DNA from: an uncultured Bacteroidales bacterium
GTDB taxonomy: Bacteria; Bacteroidota; Bacteroidia; Bacteroidales; UBA10428
Direction: 5' to 3'
Assembly: GCA_964492185.1 (NCBI GenBank)
Contig: CAZBJH010000004.1
Span: 1-58,939 of the forward strand
Length of the DNA stretch: 58,939 bases
The translations under genes were made by a program, and so were the position numbers. Below, in pieces: positions 48,323 to 58,928 of this stretch (position 1 is the first letter of the stretch; the number at the start of each line of letters is the position of its first letter). The notes under the pieces were generated by a model that was not told where the DNA came from, made no database searches, and worked only from the letters and a program-made list of their open reading frames with translations.

Positions 48323-50896
48323 TCATAATATTGATTTTATAACATGAAGATGTTGATTTCTCCTTACCTTAATAATTATAAAACCTTGTAAAGAATTTAA
48401 TTTCTTCAGGTTTGATTTTGCATGGAAAGTTTGAATGGTTTGTCCCGAACTATTGTATATAGTTATTACATCACCAGGAATAAGGCCTTTCAGATACTTA
48501 ATGTTGTTATTTGTAATAACTGATATTTGAAAGGATTCATGTTGATTGGGATCAACAGTAACAAGATCGTTGCTGAACTGCCACCAGTTAATATTCATCA
48601 AGAACCCACCACCACCAGAAAATACCAGGTAAAGATCATGAGTGCCGGAAGCAATATCAACATCACATGATGCTGTTTCCCAACTTTGCCATCCACCGGT
48701 TTCGTTTACAGTACAAGTGCCAACAAGCACACCATCCGGGTTATCAAGACATAGCTCAATATTACCGCCATTTGTTTCTGAAGCTACCCTGACATCAAAT
48801 GAAGTTGCTCCATTTTCGAAATCAAGGCTATTAAACCTCACCCAATCTCCGTCCTCAATATAGGCTATATTTAACCCGCCTCCTATATCACTGCAATTCT
48901 CAGTTTCTATCCCGGATTGTGCACTAAATTCCTCAGCTTCATTTTGATTGTATGGGCTTCGGTTGCTCACTATAACATTTATAATTGTTGACCTGGTTTC
49001 ACCAAGCTCTCCCTTATAGCTTGCCGTGATATCTACTTCACCTGCACTTATAGCCTCGATTGCTCCGTTAATTATGGTGGCAATATCAGGGCTTGGGTTA
49101 TCGTAAGTGGCTTTATTAGTTACAATCTCAACATGCCCGTCATTAAATTGAGCTGATATTTCAATAGGTAAAGATTCACCCGTGAATAATTCAACTGAAT
49201 TAGTATTTGCATAAACCTGTTGCACAGAAAGCTCACTTTCTTTATTGACAACAATTATTTTTACCGAATCATTTTTCTCATTGTAACTTGTAGATACTAT
49301 CACCTCACCATAACCCAGGCCCCTTACAATACCATCTGCAATTGAAACCCGGTTTTCGGGATTGAAGGTAAAGGTGGATTCGGATGTTATATCCTGGCTT
49401 GTGCCATCGGCATAAATAGCGGTCACATTAATGTTTGTGCTATTATGCCCTGCAATGGTGTCAATTTTATATTCATCTATGGTAGCGTTTAAAGCAAGAA
49501 GATCCTGTGTATCTGTTTTTTCGGTAAACATCCAATAGTCAAAATGAAACAGGTTTTCCGCGTCAACTCCTTTAAACGAGAAATAGATATCATGTACACC
49601 TGTTACTGAATCAGTGGCTATTGTCTCCAGCTTCCAGTCGTCCAATCCCCCGGTATAGGAAACCGGTACCGTTCCTATCAGCCGTCCATCTGATTGATCA
49701 ATTCGAATTTCAAATGTACCTCCTTTTAAAATTCCAGTCCCGGCTTCGCTTGCGATGCTGGCGGAAAATGCTGCCGGTCCCGATGCGCCAAAATCAACAC
49801 CTCTCACTTTGATCCAGTCGCCGTTTTCTATGTTATTTACATTCATTCCTCCTTCACTGCATTTTTCCGTATAAATACCATTTTGTGCATCCATGGTTTC
49901 AGCTTCAACACGCTGGTAAGGATCAACGTAATCCAGTTGTTCCAATCCATCGACTGTGTTTTCCATCATTTCAATCGAACCATCTTCATTATGCGAGAAC
50001 TGATCAACACAAAGATTGCGTTTATAGGTTGGCTCTATACCGGCTTCATTGGACACATAGCGATTGTGATAAGCCTGATACCAATTACCCTTATAGTTAA
50101 AAATAGCCTGATGGTTATTGTTATTGTTACGCGGTGGTTGTTGTGAAACTATGCCTCCATAGCTAAACCCGGACATTGGATTGACACTTGTAAGGTAATC
50201 TATACGCATACCAGCGCTTGGATTTGTAGAGTAGGTGAAATAATAAGTACCGTTGTGCTTATGCATCCAGGATGCTTCAAAAAAATCCAGCGCGGTGATC
50301 TGTTGCGCGGGTCCATCCAGGCTTATCATATCTTCGTTTAGCCTGGCAACGCGCACATTGTCATCACCATTTCCACCGAAGTATATATAAGCCTGACCGT
50401 CATCATCAATAAAAGTCATGGGATCGAACAACCACATATTATCAGCGGGTAATACACCAGGTGTACTGGTTTTAATTAACAAATCGTCAAGAGGATCTTT
50501 AAATGGTCCTAAAGGGTTGTCAGCTGAGGCTACACCAATACCGGAACCTCCATCACCAAAGTATAAATAAAATTTACCATTGAGTTCAACGACAGAGGGA
50601 GCCCAACTGCGATTGGCCCAGGAGGCATCCCGGGGAACACGGAAAACAACACCATGGTCAGTCCAGTTTTTCATATCGCTACTCGATACACAAACTATCG
50701 ACTGCATGAGATATCCGCCTTCACCGTCATCAGCATTTTCATCGTCATTGGAGCAGTAAAGATATACACGGCCATTATACACCATTGCTCCGGGATCAGC
50801 CAGATACCTATGCGATATAATCGGATAATCGGCTAAAATATTTTGAGAAAAACTTATTAAAATGAAAAAAGCAAGTAACTTCAATTTTTGTATCAT
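48323..50896 (-). CDS. Secreted glycoside hydrolase family 43 enzyme with two CBM6-like modules, Ig-like (Big_2-type) repeats and a T9SS C-terminal sorting domain.
   Basis: It has an N-terminal GH43 five-bladed-propeller-like region after the signal peptide. Two CBM6-like modules are duplicated (YVDPYQRVEAETMD..., YNQNEAEEFSAQSG...). The C-terminal ~80 aa resemble a Por tail. Confidence 0.75.
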   Translation of the reverse strand: MIQKLKLLAFFILISFSQNILADYPIISHRYLADPGAMVYNGRVYLYCSNDDENADDGEGGYLMQSIVCVSSSDMKNWTDHGVVFRVPRDASWANRSWAPSVVELNGKFYLYFGDGGSGIGVASADNPLGPFKDPLDDLLIKTSTPGVLPADNMWLFDPMTFIDDDGQAYIYFGGNGDDNVRVARLNEDMISLDGPAQQITALDFFEASWMHKHNGTYYFTYSTNPSAGMRIDYLTSVNPMSGFSYGGIVSQQPPRNNNNNHQAIFNYKGNWYQAYHNRYVSNEAGIEPTYKRNLCVDQFSHNEDGSIEMMENTVDGLEQLDYVDPYQRVEAETMDAQNGIYTEKCSEGGMNVNNIENGDWIKVRGVDFGASGPAAFSASIASEAGTGILKGGTFEIRIDQSDGRLIGTVPVSYTGGLDDWKLETIATDSVTGVHDIYFSFKGVDAENLFHFDYWMFTEKTDTQDLLALNATIDEYKIDTIAGHNSTNINVTAIYADGTSQDITSESTFTFNPENRVSIADGIVRGLGYGEVIVSTSYNEKNDSVKIIVVNKESELSVQQVYANTNSVELFTGESLPIEISAQFNDGHVEIVTNKATYDNPSPDIATIINGAIEAISAGEVDITASYKGELGETRSTIINVIVSNRSPYNQNEAEEFSAQSGIETENCSDIGGGLNIAYIEDGDWVRFNSLDFENGATSFDVRVASETNGGNIELCLDNPDGVLVGTCTVNETGGWQSWETASCDVDIASGTHDLYLVFSGGGGFLMNINWWQFSNDLVTVDPNQHESFQISVITNNNIKYLKGLIPGDVITIYNSSGQTIQTFHAKSNLKKLNSLQGFIIIKVRRNQHLHVIKSIL

Positions 50897-50926
50897 ATCA
50901 TATTTTGTTATTTATTTATATTGATT

Positions 50927-52195
50927 TTAATCATCTATCCTTGAATCATTACCGGTAGTAGCGTATAATCCAATCATGGCTCCGGTAAAACCACCGGAAA
51001 CATTAGTGCTAAGGATATCACCGGAAACAATTCCTCCTAAATTCCGGAAATCATCGTCATCAGTGGCATATGCAAATCCATATTCATCGCCATTGGCTTT
51101 CACCTGAAGTTTAATCGGTTTCTTAATATCAATTTGGATACTTGTCACTATTTTAGATACAGCCTCTGGTTTTCTATTGCGTTTGCTTTCAGTTCTCTCC
51201 AATAGCAGCATATAATCCTCTCCCTTTTTTGTGATTCCGAATACATAATTCGAAGATTCATTTTGTAAGCAAACAATTCCGGCTAAATCTTTTTCAGAAT
51301 CCGGCTTATAATCAATGGTTGTTGTGAAAGAGAAGCCTTTATGTTGTTGTCTGTAGAAAAGGGTTGATGTAGGTCTAAGCTCCTTAATATTCGCTTCGAA
51401 AGGATTAATTTGCAACCCCTCCCCGGTCAATTCGATAAAACGCTCCCGTGGACCTCTTAACCCAAATGAGTTTCTCAGAAATATCAACACCTCCATCAAC
51501 AATGATTTTATCACTACCTTCAATCACCTGATCTTTATCTAAATCATAATCCCAGATTTTATTACCCGATGTCCATTATAAAGTTCTTTTACAGAATCAT
51601 GCGCATCATTATGAACAACATAAGCTTTGCTATCATCGTCGAAGAAAATGGACGGATCAATCCCGTTAAAATCCACCTTTATAGGTTCGCTCCAACCTTG
51701 CATAGGATCTTTGATCTTCACAATAATATTACCCAAACCACCAGCAAAGGCTGTTGTTATCATATAAAAAGTGCTGTTGCCAGGATTGTATGCAATCGCT
51801 GGTGCATAAACACCATGGCTTATTCCGGCTTTACTCACATCCAGTTGGGATGTTCGGTCAAGTACATGCCCAATTTGAGTCCAGTTTACCAAATCGTGAC
51901 TATGAAAAATCGTAACTCCGGGAAACATCGCAAACGATGAACAAATCAAATAATAATCATCATCCTTCCTGACGATGGAAGGATCCGGATAGCATCCTTG
52001 TAAAACAGGATTATAAAACTCATCCGGTGCCAATATATAATCTTTGTAAACATGGTCGTTCCCCTGATAAACAACCTTCGAGAAAATTGGTATATTCTTT
52101 GGTGATTTACTTTCTGTATCTCCATTTCCCAATATTACCCCAAACAAACTCATCGCCATAATAAGGCTTGTTATTCTAATTCTTACTTGCTTCAT
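50927..52195 (-). pseudogene. Decayed GH43 beta-xylosidase/arabinofuranosidase with frameshifts and an internal deletion.
   Basis: The N-terminal catalytic part (51539-52195) and the C-terminal concanavalin-like domain (50927-51523) are in different frames. A third frame between them reads KIWDYDLDKDQVIEGSDKIIVDGGVDISEKLIW. The combined length is well short of a full two-domain enzyme. Confidence 0.65.
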
Positions 52196-52331
52196 TACTG
52201 CTTTTTTTATTTAAGTTTATTTTAAATTACCGTTTTTAATTAAAATAATACGCATACACCCTCTCAATGGTTAGGGTTTTGAGCTAAAATTTACAATATA
52301 ACCGGACTTATTATCATTTGTTTTCTAAATA

Positions 52332-52494
52332 GTGTCTTTCCATAAAGTCCCATTTGCCGCGTTACGCTTGTCCGAAAATTGCTCATTTACGACAAGTAAA
52401 CTCTGCATTTTCGGACCGCGCGAGCCTTGCAAATGGAACCTTCTGAACAGAAACATGTATGGATAAATATTTCAACTACTTTATAGACTGACTC
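52332..52494 (-). repeat. Family-A type II hairpin (52332-52454) plus type III (52455-52494) unit in reverse orientation, TA-flanked (52330-52331 and 52495-52496).
   Basis: It is the reverse complement of the arrangement at 20602-20764. Confidence 0.85.
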
Positions 52495-52496
52495 TA

Positions 52497-52556
52497 ATTA
52501 ATGTTCTGATTTACAAAAAATTAATCTTCACATCATCCTCATTATAAATTTATTTC
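52497..52556 (-). repeat. Family-B repeat fragment lacking the GGGTCTGCTG terminus.
   Basis: It aligns with the reverse complement of 20540-20599. Confidence 0.75.
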
Positions 52557-53086
52557 CATGCGAGTTTTGGTTGCAATAATAAATTCAGATTTTGAAACAA
52601 GAGTTGGTAAAAAAATTGTAGCCGGATAGCATATCAGTAAAAGCAATTTTATAGCAATTAAGTCGTGAGATTGAGATTTGTCCGGAACTAGAAGAAAAAA
52701 TTGCCGGGGCTAGCCATACCAAACGACATTGCTACAATAAGCAACAACTCACCATTATCCTTGAACATTTTTGTATGATCTGGAAGTTAAGTCTATTTTT
52801 ACCCCATTTCAAGGCCTTAGAGCATCGTTTTTGGGGGTATAAAGACACCTCTAAGAAATAAAGCCCTGAATCCCCGGGCTTTTTTAATGTGCGATCTTTG
52901 CTGTGTTTCTCTTTGAAATAGGAAAGCATTGATACTGTATATATTAATTGAAAATCAAAATTCAACATTCGATATTCCTAAATCTAAAAAATGAATACCG
53001 ATTATTATTAACAGCTTTATTTTGATTATTGTCTTAATGGGTAATATCAATCACGCTTGATATCTGATTACCAGAAAACAGACGCA

Positions 53087-53131
53087 CAAAAAAAAATTCT
53101 GCCAAGCGTTAGGCACGATGGCAGAATTTTA
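53087..53131 (-). terminator. Rho-independent terminator downstream of the 53198-54046 esterase gene.
   Basis: A 9-bp stem ATTCTGCCA/TGGCAGAAT (53096-53104 and 53119-53127) is followed on the minus strand by a run of 9 T. Confidence 0.65.
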
Positions 53132-53197
53132 TTAACTATCTGTTTTTGAGAATTATGCTGGTGCTAATCGAAATTTTTACCAGCCTCAATCCATTTT

Positions 53198-54046
53198 TTA
53201 TTCATCGATGGTATACCCTTGTATGGCAAGCATCTTTTCACCATACCGCTTACCCAGGATGCGGTAACCTTCTGCTGTAAAATGTAGCTTGTCGGGTTTT
53301 GACGGGCATCCTTTTGAAGAAATCACGTACGAATGCGGCAGGATATCAGGCAGTGTGCCGATAAAAACATTCATTCCGGCACATTTTCCATCCTGATCTT
53401 CATTTACTGTTTCACCGGCAAGCAAGGGTGTTTCTTCAGGGTTCAGATTTAAATCACGCGTTAAATTGTCGTAAATCCCTTTCACTTTGATAGTCCAGAG
53501 CGTATCGTTGAGATTGGATTCACCCTGGTGCAAAAGAATTCCCTTGATAACACCATCTTTTTGAGCCAATTTTGCCAAATTCACCAGGTATTGATAAGGA
53601 TTACCTTCATATTCCTCAATCCAACCCTGCATCCAGTCCGGGGCCGTTTCAACATAAGATTTATAGCTTTCCTTCCCGAACAGCTCAATCCTACAACCCG
53701 GTACTGAAACATTAATGACGCCCACGATGATGTTTTCAGGTAAATTTTCCACCATGGTACGCCCGAAAAAATCAGCGGGTGAAAGCCCGGAGGTACAACG
53801 GCAAAGTGGAGGCACTGCTGTGTACCACTTCCCTTTTTCCCTTCCAATGTCAGAACAATCCACCGACTGAAAAACCTGAAAACGGGGATCGACTATCGAA
53901 TCCTGCGCTTTGGCTTTTGCAGCACCGTCCATATTTGATTGCCCAAAACACAGGTAGATATGAAAATTTGGGTCTTGTGAATAAGCTGTAGAAGCAGATA
54001 ATACTACTGCCATTATAATGAATGCTATTGATTTTATGGTTTTCAT
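53198..54046 (-). CDS. SGNH/SASA-type carbohydrate acetylesterase (DUF303 family). The start is trimmed to MKTIKSIAF.
   Basis: It has a signal peptide and the GQSNMDG nucleophile motif. Confidence 0.7.
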   Translation of the reverse strand: MKTIKSIAFIIMAVVLSASTAYSQDPNFHIYLCFGQSNMDGAAKAKAQDSIVDPRFQVFQSVDCSDIGREKGKWYTAVPPLCRCTSGLSPADFFGRTMVENLPENIIVGVINVSVPGCRIELFGKESYKSYVETAPDWMQGWIEEYEGNPYQYLVNLAKLAQKDGVIKGILLHQGESNLNDTLWTIKVKGIYDNLTRDLNLNPEETPLLAGETVNEDQDGKCAGMNVFIGTLPDILPHSYVISSKGCPSKPDKLHFTAEGYRILGKRYGEKMLAIQGYTIDE

Positions 54047-54085
54047 AACCGAATCTATATATAAATCTGACAAACTAATCCATTT

Positions 54086-55648
54086 TTATTTAGCCCATTC
54101 ACGGCCTTCCGCCGTGCGCCTCCACTCAAAATAATCATCAAGTACTTCCAGTGATTCAGCACTGGGAACTTCACCCACGTGAGGTGTAGGACCAAGGTAC
54201 ATCACTGCAGGGCTTTCCTCGCTAAAGGCTGGCCACTCAGGAACATGTTCACCGTTTGGGTTGCCATTCTTTGCAAAATTGGTCCAATAAGTGGCAATGG
54301 CCTCTGAGAGCTCCAGATCCGATGGGGTTGTATTCGGATTTTCCGGGTCAAGTGTCATAAAAACATAAGGCACATCCCGCGCATGAGGTGAACCGTAACC
54401 ATATTGCGGTGAGTCCTCAGGATAATCGGGATGTTGATCGAAATAGTAATAGTAAACCTTTGAATCACCGTTCCTGGAATGTAGCTTTGCCCAGCTCCAG
54501 GTCTGCCATCCGAAAGCAGCATCACGGGCCAGATCGCGGGCTGTTTTGGGTATGCTGTTTTCAGCAACCGGATATGCTTTGAGTAAGGTATCGGCAAACT
54601 TACCATACCGTTGTTTAACACCGGTAATAAACTCCTCCGGATCTTTGGTACGGGTAAAACTAGCTCCTTCATCAGAATTATACCCAATGAGTACCGGCAC
54701 GTCGTTGAATTTTCCTTCTTCATAAAGGGTATATTGATCGTCGGGAATCACGTATCCGTCAACAACCGGCCAGGCACTTCCCATGCCCCAGCCTCCGGGC
54801 AGGCTGTCGGCTTCCATTTCGCGTAATTCGGTGATGGATGAAACCCCGGCTTTTTCGGCAAAAGCAAGCCCATCTACCTCGGCCTGTTCCAGGGTTTTCA
54901 TGTTTTCACCTGGGAAAGTTGTTGGGCGTGTTGGTCCAAACGATCCGCCGCTTTGCGATATAGCCGCGTGAAACAATCCTTTTGCCAGTGGTGATGCACA
55001 TAACATGCTTACAGATATGCCACCGGCCGATTCACCAAAAATGGTTACTTGATTTGGGTCGCCACCAAAAGCCACAATGTTGTTCTGTATCCATTGTAAA
55101 CCGGCAATCTGATCGAGCAAGCCATAATTACCCGATGTATTGTTCGGATTCTCAGCACTTAATTCAGGGTGAGCCAGAAACCCCAACGGGCCAACACGGT
55201 ATGCAATGCTCACGACTACTACGCCTTTTTTAGCGAGGTTTTCGCCTTCGGTAATGTCACCGGCTGTTGAACCAAAACTAAAACCACCTCCATAAATCCA
55301 TACCAACACTGGCAATTTATCCTCCGCGGTCTGCGCGGGTGTCCATACATTCAGGTACAGGCAATCTTCACTCTTTCCATTGGAAGGATTTCCTCCCTGC
55401 ATGGGAGAGGGTGCAAATTCAATTGTTTGCTTCACTCCTTCCCACGGTTTCAGTGGTTGTGGGGCTTTCCAGCGCAATTCACCAACCGGTGGAGCTGCAA
55501 AAGGTATTCCTTTATATACTATCATGCTATCCTGAACAATGCCTTGTATCATTCCACCTTCAACCTCAACTTGTCCGGGTTGCTGTTTTGTACATGAAAC
55601 AATAGTAACAATCAGCAATATAGCCGATAAAAAATTGAATTTTTTCAT
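54086..55648 (-). CDS. Type-B carboxylesterase (lipoprotein).
   Basis: It has a lipobox (IVSC), the GESAGG nucleophile elbow and an oxyanion-hole WIYGGGF motif. Confidence 0.85.
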   Translation of the reverse strand: MKKFNFLSAILLIVTIVSCTKQQPGQVEVEGGMIQGIVQDSMIVYKGIPFAAPPVGELRWKAPQPLKPWEGVKQTIEFAPSPMQGGNPSNGKSEDCLYLNVWTPAQTAEDKLPVLVWIYGGGFSFGSTAGDITEGENLAKKGVVVVSIAYRVGPLGFLAHPELSAENPNNTSGNYGLLDQIAGLQWIQNNIVAFGGDPNQVTIFGESAGGISVSMLCASPLAKGLFHAAISQSGGSFGPTRPTTFPGENMKTLEQAEVDGLAFAEKAGVSSITELREMEADSLPGGWGMGSAWPVVDGYVIPDDQYTLYEEGKFNDVPVLIGYNSDEGASFTRTKDPEEFITGVKQRYGKFADTLLKAYPVAENSIPKTARDLARDAAFGWQTWSWAKLHSRNGDSKVYYYYFDQHPDYPEDSPQYGYGSPHARDVPYVFMTLDPENPNTTPSDLELSEAIATYWTNFAKNGNPNGEHVPEWPAFSEESPAVMYLGPTPHVGEVPSAESLEVLDDYFEWRRTAEGREWAK

Positions 55649-55691
55649 TTTTACTGATATTTTGGTTTAATGTTATTTATTCTGCCATAGA

Positions 55692-56387
55692 TTAGGAAAA
55701 AAACGAAAATATAAAAGGTGGCGCCAGGTTGTCCATAATCAAGTTTGCTCTGCCATCGTATATCCAGTTTGATGGCAACTCTCCACTTCCGTCAACCAAA
55801 TAAAGCACCGGGTATTTTTTTGTTGCATCATATCCTGGCGGGGTATACACGTAAAGTTCCCGTTCACCATTGGTCACATCCGAATGATAGATATCGCGTG
55901 TTACGTTTCCGTGAGGTACATTTTTCGTATCGTAGTATGCAGGGCCATCACCATGCACAATCAACTGACTGTAAGGGGGCATGGCAGTGAAAGCAGCATA
56001 GGTGTTGCTCGGATCGGTAATTTGCACACCATCAACATTAAAATGATAAGCATACATATCGGGTTTAAGCGGGCCAACGGTTAATGTCCAGATGCCATCC
56101 TCTCCTTCAATAAAAGGGATCGGCTCCCTGGGATTTCCAAGAGCAGTGAGTATAGCCACACCGGTTAGGTGAACCTTTGTTGCTTCAGGCGCTTTCAGCC
56201 GAAAGGTAAGCATACCACCATCCTTCACATCAGGTGATTCTATGAGTGCACTAAAAGGTATGAGGTTTTCGGTGTTTTCCTGGGGATTGTAATCCAGGTT
56301 TACATTGGCTTGCTGCCCATTCACTTCAATTGATATTAACAGACAAAAAAAAGCCAGGAGATTATGTAAAATTTTATTCATTTTCAT
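55692..56387 (-). pseudogene. 3'-truncated esterase (CE1/esterase-D-like with an N-terminal Ig/E-set domain).
   Basis: The ORF ends shortly after YPVLYLVDGSGELPSNW...ANLIMDNL, so the catalytic Ser/His region is missing. Only 43 nt separate it from the next gene. Confidence 0.5.
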
Positions 56388-56549
56388 AACAATGGATAAA
56401 AGATAGGTTTAATATCAACAATTTTACAAAAAAAGAAACAGTTATCATAATACTATACTTTTTTATTTTTACATCCATATTACTGTAAGTTTTTTTTTCG
56501 TAATACAGTATCATTTCTTATTTTTCAAAAAATCATAAAAAAAAGCGTT

Positions 56550-58526
56550 ATGAAATTAAGAATAAATACTCCCTGGATTTTACTGCTTCTAATGGCAATG
56601 TCAATCGGCCAACTTTCCGCCGAAGTTCGATTACCCGGCATTGTAAGCGACGGAATGATTTTACAACGGGATGAAAAAGTAAAAATCTGGGGCTGGGCTG
56701 ATACCGGCGAAAAAATTACAATAACCTTTTTAGACGAAACGTATCAAACCAAGACCAATGAAAACGGGAAATGGGAAGTAACTCTTAAACCAGCACCTGT
56801 CGGAGGCCCGTTTGAAATGACCATTAAAGGAAACAACCTGATTACATTAAAAAACATTCTTTTTGGGGATGTTTGGATATGTTCCGGGCAATCGAACATG
56901 ACCCATTATTTTGGACGGCACCAGGAACGGTTTGCCAAAGAAATTGCTGATGCAAACTACCCGGAGATAAGACAGTTTTATGTACCTACGAACCCTGTTA
57001 TTTCCGGTCCGGCTAAAGATATCCCGGAACAGCATTGGGCAGAGGCCACCCCTGAAACCGTGTTGGATTTTACCGTGATTGGTTACTTTTTTGCTAAAAA
57101 GTTGTACGACAAATATAAAATCCCTATGGGTATCATTAATACAGCCGTAGGCGGTACACCCATTGAATCATGGACAAGCGAGGAAGGATTTAAAGAATTC
57201 CCTGATATTATGGAACGGGTTACCCAATTGCAGGATACCGCTTATGTAAATGAGGTCAACCGAAAACTACAGGAAGCAAGGAAAAAGGTTGAAAAAAGTG
57301 CTCCACCACAAGCAGAAGACCGTGGCCTTGCCGGGGAAACAAAATGGTACGAACCGGGATATAAACCGCTGAACTGGAAAAGGATCAACATACCCGGATA
57401 CTGGGAAGATCAGGGTGTACGAAATTTTGATGGTGTGATGTGGTACAGGCGTATGGTGGATGTACCCGAATCCATGACTGGTAAGGAAGCCATGGTAAAA
57501 CTTGGGCGCATCATCGATGCTGATGAACTGTACATTAACGGTGAAAAGGTTGGCAACACCACCTATCAGTACCCACAACGGGATTATACCATGCCTGCTG
57601 ACATATTAAAGCCCGGAAAAAACCTTTTCGTGGTGAGGGTTACCAACAATGGCGGCAAAGGCGGATTTGTGCCGGACAAACCTTATTATCTGCTTGCCGG
57701 TGGTGATAAGGTTGATTTGAAAGGCGACTGGTATTATAAAGTGGGGAAAGTAGCCCCAAGGCACAATATCTCTGGTAACAAGTTAGGGGTTCGACCTATA
57801 TTTGCCCAGAACGAACCCACGGCCCTCTACAATGGTATGATAGCACCTTTTACCAACTATGCAGTAAAGGGCTTCTTATGGTATCAGGGCGAGAGCAATG
57901 CCGGTAACCCGGATGCATATCGCGAGTTACTGCCCAATCTCATTCATGATTGGAGAAACCATTGGGGTTTAGGCGACCTGACATTCCTTATTGCTCAACT
58001 TCCAAATTACATGGATGTGAATTATTCTCCCGAAGAAAGCAATTGGGCTGAAATGCGCGAGATACAATTTGAAACCGCCCAAACCCTCAAAAATACCGGT
58101 ATTGGCATAAACATTGAGTTGGGCGATTGGAATGATATCCATCCAGGAAATAAAAAACCGGTGGGTGAACGGTTGGCCCTGGCCGCCATGCGGATCACCT
58201 ATGGTGAAAAAGACATGGTAACCTCAGGGCCAATATTCAAATTTTACCGAAAAGAAGACGTAAAAATAATTCTTTCGTTTGATCATGTAGGTTCTGGCCT
58301 GGTAGTAAACAACGATGAGGAACTTTCACATTTCGCCATTGCCGGTGAGGATAAAGAATTTATTTGGGCTGAGGCAAAAATTGTGAATAACGAAGTGGTT
58401 GTTTGGAGTGACGAAATTAAGGACCCGAAATACATCCGGTATGCCTGGGCGGATAATCCGGATTTTGCCAATCTTTACAATGAAGAAGGACTTCCGGCGT
58501 CTCCGTTTATGGTGAAGATAGAGTAA
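56550..58526 (+). CDS. Sialate/xylan 9-O-acetylesterase-like enzyme (SASA family with an inserted galactose-binding-like domain).
   Basis: It has a signal peptide and the SGQSNM motif, and is 658 aa. Confidence 0.78.
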   Translation: MKLRINTPWILLLLMAMSIGQLSAEVRLPGIVSDGMILQRDEKVKIWGWADTGEKITITFLDETYQTKTNENGKWEVTLKPAPVGGPFEMTIKGNNLITLKNILFGDVWICSGQSNMTHYFGRHQERFAKEIADANYPEIRQFYVPTNPVISGPAKDIPEQHWAEATPETVLDFTVIGYFFAKKLYDKYKIPMGIINTAVGGTPIESWTSEEGFKEFPDIMERVTQLQDTAYVNEVNRKLQEARKKVEKSAPPQAEDRGLAGETKWYEPGYKPLNWKRINIPGYWEDQGVRNFDGVMWYRRMVDVPESMTGKEAMVKLGRIIDADELYINGEKVGNTTYQYPQRDYTMPADILKPGKNLFVVRVTNNGGKGGFVPDKPYYLLAGGDKVDLKGDWYYKVGKVAPRHNISGNKLGVRPIFAQNEPTALYNGMIAPFTNYAVKGFLWYQGESNAGNPDAYRELLPNLIHDWRNHWGLGDLTFLIAQLPNYMDVNYSPEESNWAEMREIQFETAQTLKNTGIGINIELGDWNDIHPGNKKPVGERLALAAMRITYGEKDMVTSGPIFKFYRKEDVKIILSFDHVGSGLVVNNDEELSHFAIAGEDKEFIWAEAKIVNNEVVVWSDEIKDPKYIRYAWADNPDFANLYNEEGLPASPFMVKIE

Positions 58527-58694
58527 AAAAGATCTTTTTCATAACGGGTATTGGCTGCCCGGGTGGTTGTGGATAATTGACTTAAAACTACATGCTTAAA
58601 CGGGCTTAAACGGTAAGAAGAATATACGCTATACGTTTAAATGGTCAAATTCCGGATATGTTAATACTCAAAGCAGAGGAACTGATAATAATTA

Positions 58695-58928
58695 GGGTCT
58701 GCTGAAAAACACGGAATTAATTTATAACCAACACAATAGGGTAACTAATTGATAGTTAAGTGCAAGGTTTTTGACGCGTATTTATAAAATCCTTTGCACT
58801 TATTAAGGATAATAATTCGTTAGTCTGTAGCACATCATCTACCGCGTTGGCTGCAGCTCGCGGTATTATTATACAGCTTCGCATTGCCGCCTTGTATCTG
58901 GTGCACTACAAGCTTTTCCAGCAAACCC
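58695..58928 (+). repeat. Family-B repeat, the full-length 234-nt form with inverted ends, TA-flanked (58693-58694 and 58929-58930).
   Basis: The left end is GGGTCTGCTGAAAAAC and the right end reverse-complements to GGGTTTGCTGGAAAAG. It has internal hairpins AAGTGCAAGG..CCTTTGCACTT and TACCGCG..CGCGGTA. It is followed by TT-TA-GAGTC, a family-A terminus cut by the window edge. Confidence 0.8.
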
